Part shown: positions 17,186 to 34,519 of the stretch, one piece after another
Numbering within the stretch: position 1 is the stretch's first letter
How the letters are laid out: each line of letters opens with the position of its first letter
Source of the DNA: the human T2T-CHM13v2.0 reference genome, Homo sapiens
Assembly (NCBI RefSeq): GCF_009914755.1
Contig: NC_060926.1
Strand: one strand, 5' to 3'
Length of the DNA stretch: 64,000 nucleotides
The notes under the pieces: generated by a model
The model's database searches: none
Seen by the model: only the letters and a program-made list of their open reading frames with translations
Told to the model about the DNA's origin: nothing
Translations under genes and position numbers: made by a program

Positions 17186-18169
17186 CTGCATCAGCTATTT
17201 AAATGGCTCCCAGCTGCGGCTGTGGAGTTCAGCAGGGGCTGCTGTCAGGCAGGGAGAAGGGGGAGTTTCCAGGATAATTCTCTCTCCTAGAGGCAGCGCT
17301 GGGCTCCTGGAAGGAGGAGAACCTCCAAACCAGGCCTCAGGAGGCAGGTGGGAGGATAGGCGGGCGGCAAGCGACATCCAGAAGGAAAAGCTGGGCCTGG
17401 TGAGACAAGTGTTGGGGGGCTGAAGGAAAGAGAGACTGAAGGGAGCCATTTCAGGTCTGGGGGGCGGCCAGGGGGTAGCAGAATGTAGAAAAGGGTATGC
17501 TTTGGGGTTCCTCTAAAAGATGGGAGGAGCTGGCAAGCCCTGGCCTTAAGGAAAGGAAAAGTCCCATCTCTGGGTTCTTTAGCTAACAAAAGCCACTGAC
17601 CCCTGCAGCTTCCCCATGCCTGTTCAGAAGGTGCTTCAGCCAGTAAAAAGGCAAAAAAGCAGCGTTTTCCCAAATGTGTCCCTGGAAAGACAAATCCCAT
17701 AAAAGGATTCACCAGAAAAAAGGCTTAAAAAAAAGTTTGAGAAATGAGATGTACAGTCATTTCATCTCAGAGAATCGCAACACACAGAAACTTACCTGCA
17801 GCCCTGAGAAGTAAGAGATCCGCAGAACCTGGGTTTCCCAAGTTTATTTTCTCGGGTAGCTCTCACTGCCTAAGGAATTTCCCTTGTGCTCCCGCCCAGT
17901 GATGTTGGAGAAGACACCGCAGAGCCACTGGGCTGGGCATCTCCCTCAACAAGGCAGCCTCCTTAAGATCACAGGAAAGCCCCAGGCCTCACGGCAGGTT
18001 TACACCCTGTGTGCCCCGGCAGCCCTGTGAAAGGGCAGAAGTCAGTGATCCCAAGGTCTCTTCCAGCTCCAGCACTCTATCCTGTTTCTGCAGCTCATGC
18101 CCAATCAAATCTCACTTCAGGGGAATATCCATGGAGTGTGGTGGCCTGGGGCAGTTGTATTTGCTGGAT

Positions 18170-18720
18170 AAATTCACTTATTTAATTCAACAAATATTTC
18201 TTGAATCCTTACTATGTGCCAGATACTGTTCTAGGCATTGGGGATTCCAAAGTCAGTAAAATAAAATCTGGGGGAAACAGACTACAGACAAATGTAATAA
18301 CTATATCATGTATATGTCAGCTAAGGACTTTGGAGAGAAATAAAGTATGGTAAACAAAAAGTGTGGGGTGGCAAGGCTGAGAGAGGGATACTCTGTTAGA
18401 TAAAGTGATCCGGGAAGGCTTTTCTAAAGAGGTGACTTGTGAGCAGAGACTAGCAGGAAGTGAGGGATAAAGCCATGCGGAGATCCCAGGGCTGAGCGTT
18501 CAGGCAGAAGAAACAGCAAGGGCAAACATTCTGAGGCAGGAACAAGGAGGCACACGAGGGGAACATTGTGGCTCAAGGGAATAAAAGAGGGGGAGCGTGT
18601 TAGGAGATGAGGTCAGAGAGTGAGTGGGGGCCAGATCTCCTAGGACTGGAAGGCCAAGATAAGAACTTCGGATATTTATTCAGAGATGAGAAGCCAGTGG
18701 AGGGGTTGAGGAGGGGCATA
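18170..18720 (-). mobile_element. L2 3' fragment
   Basis: TTAATTCAACAAATATTT...TACTATGTGCCAG...CTAGGCATTGGGGA. Confidence 0.75.
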
Positions 18721-19378
18721 ATGTGAGGTACAAGGAAGAATTTCTGCTTTCTAATAGGGATAAACAGTTTTCTAAATAGGGAGAGCCTACCCTCTGCCTT
18801 GGAACTTATGAAAAGAAGTTGAATTTTCATTTGATGGTTGAAGATCTTGCAAGGCCTTGGTACTGGTCATCCATCGTTGTACAGACACTTACTCAGTACT
18901 CCAAGCTCCCACCTGCCATGGTGGCAAGGAATTTGATCTCAGTCATATTTCAAGAGGCAGGTCTTCTTTTCACCCATGGCTACACGTGAGTCCAGCAACT
19001 TACAGGTGCCTGGGAAGGGAAGGGTCTCTGGTCTCCAGTCCATCATGGATAATGCAACTTTATGTTCATGGTCCAAGTCCATTGGTCTTTTCAAAGGCAA
19101 GCAGCTCTATCCTCCATAACCAACAGGGCTTCCAAGATCCTTCTCTTGGGTCCAGGACCATAGCTCTAAGAACTCAGTCTCCTGGTATCTACTCACCACC
19201 CACTGGCAGTCGGGCATTGGTGGATGCTGCATGCATGAGTAAGGCACCGTCACCTTTCCTCAAGCCTCTTATAATCTTTGGTCCAACAGACAAGTACACC
19301 AGCGTTTATGGTTGGGGAGGCTGGGCTCTGCTGGGGCAGTGGGATAGAACATAGTGCTGTTTTCCCTATGAGAAATAA

Positions 19379-19759
<381 letters not shown>

Positions 19760-19764
19760 TCCTA

Positions 19765-20037
19765 TTTTTTATTTTTTGAGATGGAATCTCACTCTGTCAT
19801 CTCGGCTTACTGCAACCTCCATTTCCCAGGCTCAAGTGGTCCTCCTGCCTCAGCCTCTCAAGTAGCTGGGACTACAGACATGTGCTACCATGCCTGGCTA
19901 ATTTTTTTTGTATTTTTGGTAGACACGGGGTTTCACCATATTGCTCAGGCTGGTCTCGAACCCCTGACCTCAAGTGATTCGCCTTCCTTAGCCTCCCAAA
20001 GTGCTGGGATTACAGGTGTCAGCCACCGTACCCGGCC
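19765..20037 (-). mobile_element. Older Alu (S/J) adjacent to the AluY
   Basis: Alu dimer with a short deletion. Confidence 0.85.
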
Positions 20038-20719
20038 TTAAGATTTTTTTAGAAAGATAACTTGAAACTCTGGGTGATGGGAATCAGGCAGGGGCAGGTT
20101 CCGACTGAGCCCTGAAACCTCACCTGGACCCTCCACTCCGCCTGGGAGGAAGACCCAGGTCACCTTAGTCAGGAAGCAGGAATGCCGCAATGACCTGCCG
20201 CAGTGGAGATTTGTCCTCTTCTGTGTACAACATTTTTCAGTAAAGGGTACGGTGTCAGCTGGCAGCATTGCTGCAGCACTAATGAAGTTTAGGAAGTGCT
20301 TAGCTGAAAAGGGCATGGGTGGGGTAATTGAATTGGTGTCAGACACATAATGGCTTTGAGAGTCTTTTCTCCCTCATTTGATAAGAAGAGCCCTTTCCCT
20401 CACATCCTCCGTAAAAGCTCAAGGAGAAAAGGATGTTCACCCAGCTATACATCAATCCTGTCTATTGACTACGAGTTTTGGGAAATCATATGGAGAAGCA
20501 TACTTTTTACGAAGGCTTTGGGGACTGTTAATAGCAGGCTGGGCAAAGCACAGGAAGAGGCTACGAATGAGTGTTTTCCACAGGACGCTGCCAGGTGATA
20601 AAATATTAAAACCATTACCAACACTCCCGCTTCAAGGAATGGTCTTAATGATTCTGTCAGATATCTGGGTCCTGTGGTCAAATGGACAGTGAGCTTTTTG
20701 GGCCTCATCAAAAAATAGC

Positions 20720-20920
20720 TTACTGGGTGCCAGGTCCTGTGCTAAACGCTTACACGTTGTCTCCTTTCATCTTCACAACAACCCAAGAGGGAGGAGCTAT
20801 TGTTATCCCCATTTCACATATGCAAAAACTGAGGCTTGCCCAAAACCACACAGTTCTGATGTGGCAAAGCTTGGCTTGAAATCTAAGATTGGGATTCCAA
20901 AGCCAATGCTTTCCTTCTTT
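20720..20920 (-). mobile_element. MIR SINE
   Basis: GTGCCAGGTCCTGTGCTAAACGCTT...ATCCCCATTTCACA...AAACTGAGGCT. Confidence 0.7.
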
Positions 20921-20947
20921 ACTTCCCTGATTAAAAAACGTAAAGGT

Positions 20948-21262
<315 letters not shown>

Positions 21263-21289
21263 CCTAAAGGAAAACAGACTACATCCATA

Positions 21290-21760
21290 TACGGTTAAAA
21301 AGAAAAGTACAAGAGCTTACAATAAAAATTAACTCTCTGTCCCACCAGACCCAAGTCCAGAGGCAACTACCGTTACTGCTTCCTTGTTTACCTTCCGACT
21401 ACAGAGAATACACACACAGATGTGTACACGATTGTGTCTACGTGTATATATATAAAATGGGTGTGCACTATCCACACTGTCTGCACCTTGCTTTTGGCAC
21501 TTAACATTTCTCGGAAGACTTTAGCAAAACCTAACAAAGACAGCTGCCTGATTTTAATATGGCTGAATAATGGTTCGTCGTATAGATATAGAGGCGCTTA
21601 ACCAGTCTGCTCCTTAGGGACATTTAGGATGTCTACATTTTTGCCATCAGCAATAATGCCGCAATGCGCATCTTCAGGGAAATGCCCCTGCACACGTGTG
21701 TGAGCAACGCTGTGCTTTTAATAACAAGAGCAAGATGATATCCCAGGACAGGTGGGTTCA
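21290..21760 (-). mobile_element. Old L1 (L1ME-type) fragment
   Basis: CCAGAGGCAACTAC...CTGCACCTTGCTTTT...GGACATTTAGGATG motifs. Confidence 0.55.
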
Positions 21761-22299
21761 CTGTCCAGGTCACTAGCTCAGAGATTGCACTTGTAGCATC
21801 GCAAAGGCATTGAGGGTGGCACCAAGAAGGCCATGCAGGCCCTCGGCTTTGGGATATTCCATACGAACGACCCTCCAGGTTTGACAGATACAGACCTGGG
21901 CACCCCAGGGACATTTCTGAATGTAAACAAGAATATGGATAGCAGGGCTTCCTCTTTCCAGCCGCCATTTCATCACAGCACCCTTAGGGCAGCCAGGAAC
22001 TGTAAAGGTTGTCTGTGAAGACTGCTGCCTGGGCAGATGGGGACCTTCATGCCTAGATCACCAAAGGAGGCATGGATCAAAGTCCAGAGAGTTGAAGTAG
22101 CTTGCCCAAGGTCACATAGAAGGTGGGGAGGACCTTGGCTCTAGCAGGCCTGCTCAACAGAGGTTTGTCTCGTCTCTGGTTGTTACTAAGGCTCAAGAAG
22201 ATCTTGATGCCCTCTCTAGGCCCAGGGGAGTGGGTACAGTACCAATGAGTGATGCCTCCCCTGCTGGTAGCAGGCAGTGGTTAGTGTCCTTGTCACGAT

Positions 22300-22920
<621 letters not shown>

Positions 22921-22954
22921 TCGTCACTATTTTATAAATTCCCACTATTTTTTT

Positions 22955-23330
22955 TATTAGTCAGGATAGTATATGGTGGTAACAAACAAACCTGAAATTG
23001 TACTGGCCTATTACCAAATTTATTTTTCACTTACTCATTCACCCCCGACTCAGGGAACTCCCCTGTCAGCTGTCCTCCCTATGGTGACTCAGTGACCCAA
23101 TCTGCTTTCATCTTGTGGCTTGCCACCTCAATGTGTGGCCTCTAGAACTGCCCCGGGGGAGGGGCACATCGCTGGGACAGGGTATGGAGGATGCAGGCAG
23201 ATCACACACTGACCCTCAAGTGTCTCACCCCGGTCACTTACAGCCCACTGGCCAGAATTATTCACGTGGCCACGCCTAACTGCAAGGGACTTGGAATGGC
23301 AGGGAGGGGTCTCCTGGATAGTCTTGAGCA
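22955..23330 (-). mobile_element. MLT1 (ERVL-MaLR) LTR fragment
   Basis: GGTAACAAACAAACC...CCACTGGCCAGAATT...TGGCCACGCCTAACTGCAAGGGA. Confidence 0.6.
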
Positions 23331-25777
23331 GTATGTGTCTCTGCCAAGCTCCTAGGCTGGTGGGGCTGGCAAATACGGGCTGCTTTAAGCAGGGGAATGA
23401 CCACAGGTCTGTGGGGAGGTTGTTAACAGTAGATTTGGGGACCAATATTAGCTTTTAGGTGCTACCCAATTGCTAATTCATCTGCAGGGGTCACTTATTT
23501 TTCCTAACCATCTTACTGTAGAATAAAACACACATACACAGAAAACCTCACAAAACAAATGTAGAGTTTAAGCTGAGTAAATAAATGCCTCCGAAGGCAA
23601 GAAGGAATTAATCGTTTTAGTTTTTGGACTCAGTGCTGTATTTTGCCATAGCATTTCTAACATAGCTTTGGAAAAGTGAAGTTTTGAATTTCAGAGGTAT
23701 AATATTCCACTTTTAAACAGAGGGCTGTCTAACCTCGACAGCGAACTTGCAATCTGCCTGTGACCAAGGAGTGAGGAAGTCCTCCCCTCTCACAGTAAAT
23801 GTTAGGTTGGAAGGTGGGGTTCCTGGGGCCGGCCAGCCAGTGGCCTGGGAAGCAGCTGAGAGCCTCTCCCCATTTTCCCTAACTGTGGACTTGGTTTCTG
23901 GATCATCCTGCTTCTTAGGCCCTGGTGCTTCAAGAGAAAGTTGAATTGGCCCCGAGAGGCCACCACACCCACCGTGTGGCCCCTCCTCCAGGCCAAGCTG
24001 CAGCCTGGAGGTCAGCCTGACCCTCGGGGACTCCCAGCTCTGGGCAGAAGCCTCATCGTCCCTGCCAAGGTATGTGTCAGCCTCAAGGCAGCACACAATG
24101 TTTTGGTAACTTGCAGAGGCTGAATCCTAGAAAGACCGCGTGTTCCTGGCCGCTGGACGCTGGCCTTGGTGATGCTCGCCCCCGTCCCGGAAGCCCGATG
24201 CACCTGCTGGGAGTCAGCACCGGGCCGGGCCTTCCAGCCAGCTCTGCCAGCACATATTTCTAGGCTCAAGTCAGACTTGGGAAAGCATGGCCCTCTCCTG
24301 GCTCCACATCCTGCTCCCCCTGCACCCATGGAGCAGCTGACCCAGTTTTTGGTAGAAAAATGAAAATCTTTACCAGTCAGATGAGAGGAGAGGAAGCAAA
24401 TGCCACGCTGCCCTAATTTAGCCCAGACACAACCCTCCTTCTGAGGAAGGGATGAGGAGCTTGGGCCTTCTCACTCTCTCTTTTCAGAGCATTTGGAACA
24501 AACTCCCAAAATACCAGAGGCTGAGTGCAAACCTCCTTTGCTGTCATCAAGAGGGAGGATGAATCATGCAAAACACGCAATTTCTATCATCCCAAAATAC
24601 TGCACATATACTTACATTTAGTGTCATTTTACATGTGCGAGGTATTTTTTTAAAAAATTCTTTTCTCTTTCACTCCTTTTTTTTTTTTTTTGCTAAACCA
24701 AAAACACCAGCTGTAAAACCCACTGCTTCCTTCCCCGCCAAGTCTGCAGTGGCAGGAGGCGGCGGCAGCAGACAGCAGGGCCCCCTGTGCTCTGAGTCAG
24801 GCCTCCCTCTCAGTGGCTCCCTGCCTGCAAAACAAACTTAAAAGCTGGTGAATGGGACGTAGGGGCCCGCAAGCATGCAGGGAGGCCTAAAATATTTGCA
24901 GAGGCACACACTGTTCGCAGAATGAAAGGCCACTATGTAAATATCTGGGCCCCGGGTGAGGCGAGGCATTCTGAAAGTGGCTTTTCTGTTAGTCGCATCA
25001 AGCCAGCGAGGAAGCAAAGGCATTCATTCAAAAACATCACGCAGGAGCCACACCACAACTTCCTGGCCCCAGAGGGTAGACTCGAAAGGGACCACAGCCC
25101 TGAGGCCTGAGTTTCAACCTTTCTCCTTCGCTGCACGTTTCACAGGATGGTTCTGTGACAGCCGACAATGTCAGCTTTTAGGGATAGGCAGACAGGATTG
25201 ATTTTCTCTCCTTTGGCAGGGAAAAGGCTTTTTTGGAAGACACTCAAAAGGCAACCATAGTTACTGATGGAGCATGGCAAGCATGAGACAGAGGCAGCTA
25301 TTACCCAGGCTCGACAAAAGAGGAAAAAACGTGGGATGGATTTTGCAACAAGCCCCAAATGTTGATTCCAAGGACCCGAGGATGAGTGTAGAAGCGGAGC
25401 AGGCACACCTGACACCCCTCGCGGCATCCCCTTCAGATTCCCGGGAAGTCTCACAGAGACATGAAACCTGGCATCAGCTCCCTGACCAAGATGAGACCAT
25501 GAACCAGTCAGAATGTTCACGAATCACATTGTCCTGGGGATGCATTTAGAACATTCTTGGATTTCACACCATTCATGTTGCCCCCTCTGAGCCAGAATGG
25601 GGCAGACAGCCCCAGGAAGGAAGGAAGGAAATAGTTTTGTTTCACTCAATCTCTGTCAGTGGATAGCCTTCCACTTGGGCAGGAATTATCGTCTAGGTCA
25701 GACAGAACCCAGTTTCATCTTCTCTATCCTCCTCTCTCCAAAGCAACAAAGACTGCAATTTCCAGCATACAACAAAG

Positions 25778-25778
25778 A

Positions 25779-25825
<47 letters not shown>
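25778..25825 (+). repeat. (GA)n microsatellite
   Basis: Direct read. Confidence 0.95.
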
Positions 25826-25830
<5 letters not shown>

Positions 25831-26592
25831 ACTAGCTGAAGACACACATCATCTTTTTCAGGTGTTTAATTGCTAGAGGAAGTATCTTCAACAGTGGTAG
25901 AAAGGGGAGGGTGCTAAGAGTGGCCGCTCAAAGAAGCGATGTAAACTACATTTGATTCTCTGGTTTAATCAGAGATTTTAAGAGCTGAGCAGAAGATCCA
26001 ACTGTAGGCTGGCTCAGAAATACCCCAGATAATGCTCACCAGGCATGAACATCTGAGCTAGACGGGCATAGATCCACAAGCGGAAGCTGCCAGCACCCAA
26101 CTGGGAGGCTTAGGACAAGGCATTTGCCTTGTCTGATGGCCAAGGTCAAGCCTGGATAGAGGGCTCTCCATGCAATGGAAAAAATACCAACAAGGGGCCA
26201 GAGAAAAGAGAGTAGAGCCTGAAGGGGAGAAAACTGCCCTCAAGGGCCAGAGGTAGCAGGTCTCTCTGAACATTACTACTCTACAAGAAACAGAGGCTCA
26301 TCTTAGATGACTGCAATTTAGGGTCCTCTGAATGACACAAGAAGATATGGCTTCAACGGAACTGGCCTAAGAAGGAAGGGGAATGACAAAACAGTCTAAG
26401 ACGAGATACAAAGGGAGCTGTCTAAAATAAGAAGGCAATACAAAGTAACCAAAAATAGAAGACCAGAGTCAAAGCTGCAGTTGAAGGGAATGAGAGCAGA
26501 ATTGACTACAAAACAGCCTGTTAACCAAAGAGAGGAAGAGGCCACACACTTTGTTCTCAGGATCTCTGTACACTCTTAAAAATTACTAAGGA

Positions 26593-26750
26593 GGCCGGGC
26601 ACAGTGGCTCACGCCTATAATCCCAGTACTTTGGGAGGCCAAGGTGGGAGAGTTGCTTGAGCCCAGGAGTTTGAGGTTAGTGTGCTACGATTGCACCACT
26701 ACACTCCAGTTGGGGAGACAGAGGGAGACCTTGCTTCAAAAAAAGAGAAA
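26593..26750 (+). mobile_element. Alu monomer-length element (FRAM/FAM-like)
   Basis: Single-arm Alu with A-tail. Confidence 0.75.
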
Positions 26751-27044
26751 GAAATAACTACATTTGCCAAATAAAAAATATTTTAGAGAACAGAAATACT
26801 GGCTTATATTTTGAAAACCTTTAATTAATAGAAGACAGCTGGATTCTCATATCTGCTTCTGAGTTCAATCTGTTGTAATGTATTGTTTTGATTGAAGTAT
26901 ATGAAGAAAACCTGACCTTAGACAGATATGTTGTTGGAAAAGGGAAGAGAGTTTAATAGTCTTTTGAGAGATCCTTGTAGGTAGTCTTCTTTGATACTCT
27001 GCCAAAACTCATAGGTAATAATTTCTTAAAGGTTAGTCGTGGGA

Positions 27045-27374
<330 letters not shown>

Positions 27375-27396
27375 TTACATCAAAATTCATTATGGG

Positions 27397-27737
27397 GGCT
27401 GGGCGCAGTGGCTCACGCCTATAATCCCAGCACTTTGGGAGGCCAAGGCAGGAGGATCACTTCAGGTCAGGAGTTCGAGACCAGCCTGGGCAACATGGGG
27501 GAAACTCTGTTTCTACTAAAAACACAAAGATTAGCCAGGCATGGTGGTGTGTGCCTATAGTCCCAGCTACTTGGGATGCTCAGGCACGAGAGTCGCTTGA
27601 ACCCGGGAGTCAGAGGCTGCAGTGACCCAAGATCACACCACTGCATTCCACAGCCTGGGCGGCAGAGTGACACTATCTCAAAAAAACAAAACAAAGCAAA
27701 ACAAAACAAAACAAACAAAAAATACTAAAACAAAAAC
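27397..27737 (+). mobile_element. Alu with (CAAAA)n tail
   Basis: TTCATTATGGG flanks. Confidence 0.88.
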
Positions 27738-27798
27738 CCAACGTTCATTATGGGCCTTTCACTCTGAATGGATCTTTTACCCATGCGTGATTTTTTAA

Positions 27799-28172
<374 letters not shown>

Positions 28173-28535
28173 AAAATTGCATTTCTTAATATCACCACCA
28201 ATTTCATGGAAAAAAAAAAAAGTCTATTGGGAAATTGTCAAGCCAACAGTAGCAGATACATATTTCACAAAATTCCAATTTTTGCTTGAAAGCTCAGATT
28301 TTGTCACTGACAACAAAACTGTCTGTTGTCTCTTTGAAGTAATAGGCTCATTTTGCTCATTTTTTTTGAGAAAGTGTATGCCAAATACCCCTTCCTGAAT
28401 AACCATACAACATAACCATAATGACAGTCTGTCACTCTTTCAAGTAAAAGTGGTGTCCCATGACAAAAGCAGCTACTTCAGCTTGCAACTCAAAACAGTT
28501 GCACAAAAGCTTTACTTCAAGACAACAATACTTAA

Positions 28536-28997
<462 letters not shown>

Positions 28998-29351
28998 TAA
29001 GAACATGCAATGATTAGACTAGCACAATTTGGTAGTCCGCTTTGACTAGCGCTAAGTTTTACCCTTCATTGTTTCTGCACCATCAATGTAAATGTCAACA
29101 CAGTGGAAAAATCAAACACCGTCTTATTAAGATGATTTTAACCTCAGGGATTCTCAGGTGTCTCTCTGCAGACCACTCTTTGAAAAAGAGTACTATAGCA
29201 AAAAAAAAAAAAAAAAAAAAAAAAGAAAAAAAAAGGAAAAAAATCATTTTAAAGAGGACAAAGTTAAGAGTGTAATTTAATAAAAGGGCAAGATGCAAAT
29301 GATGAGCAAATACAATAGATATGGAAGACTGGAGAGTCAATCTATGAATTA

Positions 29352-29558
<207 letters not shown>

Positions 29559-30420
29559 TCATCAAAGACATACAAGAAAAAAAATTCTGAGTTAAAAATC
29601 TGATTCTGTATATGAAAGGGCTCACTGAGCTTCAGGGAAAATTAATGCCATACACAAGCCAAAGGGTTTAATGACGAGATCCAGGTTTAAAAAACCATTA
29701 CTGATGAACAAAAATTGGTCAACACTCACACAGGTCTTCTTCACAACAGTAAATGCCAAGAAACAAAGGTCATCTACATAGGACGTTCAGAGGGAAATGT
29801 TGGCCAAGGATTCTGTACTCCACCAAGTCACTGGGTGTGTGTGCATGCAACAAGAAGACATTCTGGGTTATGCAAAACTCAGAAAATAAAAATCACTTTT
29901 GTATTCTTCCTGGGTACAAAATCCTCTTGCCCTTCCAGTCAACTCATATTCATTGAGAAGATTAAAAATGCTGAGTTCACTGCTGACTTTGGTCATTAAT
30001 GGGAATGCCTTACACCCTTAAGAGGAGAGAACACTCAAGGAATTTACTCTGAATTCATTGGAGAACTCAAGGAAATGGATGAGACATATATCCATTTAAC
30101 CGAATGGTTGGACTGTTATCTTACCTTTTTCTAACTGGATAAAAAAGTTTTTTTCACATGAAACTGTTAAGAAGGATAAGGTAAATCTGTATGTATTCAC
30201 ATGCAAAGATGTCCAGGATATATTTTTAATTAAAACAAAAGAAACAGGTTTCAGAGCAATAAATATAGGTAGAATACATGACCCTATTTTAGTTCCCCTC
30301 CAAAGGGAAAACACACATGTCTACACGCACACAAATATACACACACATACATCTGTGTATAAATGCATAGAAAAAAGTCCGGAAGGACACAGAGTGGTTA
30401 CATTTTGTGTGACAGAGGAA

Positions 30421-30833
30421 TGTCAGGAGTTGAATTGTGTCCCCCTCTCTACTCCCCAATAAAATTCAAATGTTGGAATTCTAACCTCCAAAACCTCATA
30501 ATGTGACTATTTGGAGATAACATATCTATTTGGAGATAATCAAGTTAAAATCAGGTCATCAGAGTGGGCCCTAATCCAGTATGACTGCTATCCTTCTAAG
30601 AAGGGGACATTTGGACACAGAGACATGCACAGAGGGAAGACTATGAGAACAGGCCTGGAAAAGATGGAGAAGATGTGCAACCCAAGGAGAGAGGCCTGGA
30701 GCACATCCTGCCCTGGTAGCCCTGCAACACCCTACTTTGGACTTCCAGCCTCCAGACTGCGGGACCACAAATTTCTATTGTTTAAGCCACCCAGTTTGTG
30801 GTATTTTGTTATGGCAGCCCCGGCAAAACAACA
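30421..30833 (+). mobile_element. MLT1B/C solo LTR (ERVL-MaLR)
   Basis: TGAATTGTGTCCCCC...GGGCCCTAATCCAGTATGACTG...GGACTTCCAGCCTCCAGA...TTTAAGCCACCCAGTTTGTGGTATTTTGTTATGGCAGCCC. Confidence 0.85.
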
Positions 30834-30862
30834 AGGAGACTCTTATTTTTATATTATATGAC

Positions 30863-31166
30863 ATTTTATTTATTTATTTATTTAGAGACAGAGTCTTGCG
30901 CTGTTGCCCAGGCTGGAGTGCAGTGGCTTGATCTCAGCTCACTGCAGCCTTTGCCTCCCAAGTTCAAGCATTTCTTGTGCCTCAGCTTCCTGAGTAGTTG
31001 CGATTACAGGCATGCGCCACCACGCCTGGCTAATTTTTGTATTTTTAGTAGAGATGGGGTTTCACCATGTTGGCCAGGCTGGTCTTGAACTCCTGACCTC
31101 AAGTGATCCACCCTCTTCGGCCTCCCAAAGTGTTGGGATTACAGGTGTGAGCCACTCCACCTGGCC
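30863..31166 (-). mobile_element. AluSx/Sz
   Basis: TSD TATGACATTTT. Confidence 0.9.
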
Positions 31167-32538
31167 TGTATGACATTTTAATAACTACATATGTTACTTC
31201 TATAATCACAACCCCTTCTCAAAAAAAAAAAAAAAAAAAGACATAATGAGGGGGAAAGGGTACCAGGTATGATTATCACATAATAACTGTCTTTTTCCTC
31301 CTTTATAAATATATATGCTTTCCCTGACCCCAACAGTGCCCTTTAGGAGCTCAGCTTGCCACCACGGCACCAATAGCACCAGTGGCTGCTCCAGCTGAGG
31401 AGATGGGGCAGGCCCTGATTTGCACAGTTACAACTGGTATCTGGTTCTACAAGATGTTAACAGGGTCATTGCCCTTCATTCCATGCACCTAGTTCAGTTC
31501 TAAACAAAGGAAGAGCGGTTTTTCTAACCATCTCACCCCACGAATCGGAAAGACCAACGGGCTTCCAGTGAGGACGCCCGCATTGGCGGGCACTTTCACA
31601 AGCCTCCTCCCCACACCCCCCGCCCCCCCCATTCACACAGATGGCCCTGTGATTGCCTGCTCCAATGCCACAATACATAACCAACAAAACCCAGCCTGTG
31701 AGTCCTGTAAAATAGAGCTCCTCTAACAATACTTTTTCCCCTGGGAAGTGTCCTGATTTTCTGGGGGGTGTCCACCATTCAGGGAAGTGGGTAGTGGACC
31801 AGCATCAGGGCAGCAGCAGGGAGGAAGGGCAGAGGCGTGACTTGCAGGAGGCGACCCCAAAGGCCAGAGAAGCGGGGTGGGAGGTTCAGGCAGGCAGTAC
31901 TCTGGAGACAGTGCTCTGACCCAGGGCAAGTGCCACTGAGCAGGACCCTGCCCTCTCGGCAAAACCGCTCCCACAGAGGCCACCGACTTTTTACCAGTTG
32001 GATGCATTGGCTCCCAGAAACCCAGCCAGCTTAGTGCACTTCTGCAGCCGTCCTTGGAGCTGTGAACATACCTGGAGGGGTCAGCAAGAAACTGAAATCA
32101 AATTCAGATCAAATAGAAGTTAAGAAATAGAAATCTCAACACACAGGATGTAGATCTAAATACTCACAAAATATTGATAATGCGCTTCAGCCTTCTGTGC
32201 CTTGAAAGAGGTTGTTCTCTCGAGTTCCTGATGTTTCCTCAGGGCCTCAGAATAAAAAAGGGACTGAGAAAGGAACTAGCATTTTTGGGGCACCTGCTGC
32301 GTATCCCACTGTAACTAAAGCATATCATTTAACCTTCACGCCAGCTGAGGGTAGGTATTATCCCACTTGTTAAATCTGAGAAAACTCAGAAAGGTGAAGT
32401 CACTTGCCCAAGAACTAATGGCTAGTAATGGCAGAAAGGCTGTCCAGTGACCTTTATGGAGTTAGGTGTAGTCGGTCCTCTGTATCCATGTTTTCTGCAT
32501 CTGTGGATTCAACCAACCTCACATCGAAAATATATTCA

Positions 32539-32842
<304 letters not shown>

Positions 32843-32869
32843 ATCATTAAAGTTTTTTAATAGAGGTTA

Positions 32870-33199
<330 letters not shown>

Positions 33200-34128
33200 G
33201 GATATAAGAGGGAGGATGTGGGATGTGTATAGGTTATATGCAAATATATCAGGGACTTGAGCATCTGTGGATTTTCTATCTGCAGGGGGTCCTGGAACCA
33301 ATCCCCCATGGATACTGAGGGTTACTGTTGTTTCTTTACATGTGTGCTTCCTCACTTGTAAGGTGGAAAAGAATCCTGCATTCCGCAGAAAGTTAAACAT
33401 GACGTTGGTGGTATGCCCAGTTCCGGCCTAGCACATAGGACACCAAAGACAAACTATACCTGAGGCAGCCTGAGGGCGCCCCAGAGAACCAGACGGACAG
33501 GATAAGGCTCTTGACTGTCGCCCACTTGTCAAGGCCACCAGCAGGGAAGGAAGGAACAGAGGCATCAGAGTGAGGCCTGGTAAGGACCTGGGCTCTGCAG
33601 TTGGCTAGCCCAGCTCAGCCTGGTTCAGTCCTTGCCTCCTGGGACCGCAGTTTACCTGTTACTCACCCTTTCTAAGCTTCAGTTGCTCAACTGTGACACA
33701 GGGATGACAGGAGGGCCCTGTCTTGCAGGGAGCATGAGGGCAAGTGAGCTCGTAGGACTCTTTCCCCACTCCTCCAAGTCCTCCTCTCCCTTCCTAACTT
33801 CCAACATCTCTCCATGCTTCTCACCTTTGCCAGTGGCTTGCGAAAATCACCCCCTTTAGGAAGAGTTAAAACTGAAACGTTAACACTAAGACGCAAGGCC
33901 CCTCCTATATATCTCCTTTTAAGGGCCCTACTCCTTTCTCTAGAGAAATTTTTCTCTGTGACCCTCAGAAGACCTCATACTTTATTTCCTCCTGGGGATT
34001 GTCACTGTAGCTCTGGAGCATCCAAAGTGTCAATTTGGAAAGGAAAGTGGGCCAAAGAGAGCTGCTCGGAGGAGACCAAGCATCTTGCAGTGTTAACAAT
34101 TGTTTTCTGCGAGAAATTGTCCTCCAAA

Positions 34129-34130
<2 letters not shown>

Positions 34131-34175
<45 letters not shown>
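34131..34175 (+). repeat. (CA)n microsatellite
   Basis: Direct read. Confidence 0.95.
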
Positions 34176-34178
<3 letters not shown>

Positions 34179-34519
34179 CCCTGAGGTTCAGCAGGGATCA
34201 GTGGAAAACAACTTAGAGGAAGTACAGCTGTTCCCTCTGAGGAGCGCTCGTTGGGGAAGCCAGGCCTAGGAAGAGGGGGTGTTCCTGGGCGGTGGCCTGC
34301 AGCCTTCCTTTCACTGAGGCATCCGAGCCCAAGGAGCTGCAGTCTCCCCTTGGGAATATGACATAACCATAGGAGGAAAGGGCCTTGAAAAAACAGACCG
34401 GTGTCCACATGTCCTTCGGCACAGGAAGCCCTGTCCCATCCTGTATGCGGGAACTCCAAGATCTGCCAACGCTCTAGCATCACCTCGTCTCCTGCCAGAC
34501 AAATACCCCAAAGCCAGCG

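Noticed and set aside
18857-19354. 165-aa ORF
   Set aside because: Non-ATG start, no recognisable domain or exon structure; expected by chance
29200-29233. Orphan poly(A) tract
   Set aside because: No TSD or element body identifiable; likely a simple A-run
32161-32260. Possible minus-strand cryptic exon (TTTTTTATTCTGAG acceptor-like, GTGAGTA donor-like)
   Set aside because: Weak splice contexts and no supporting evidence in the sequence
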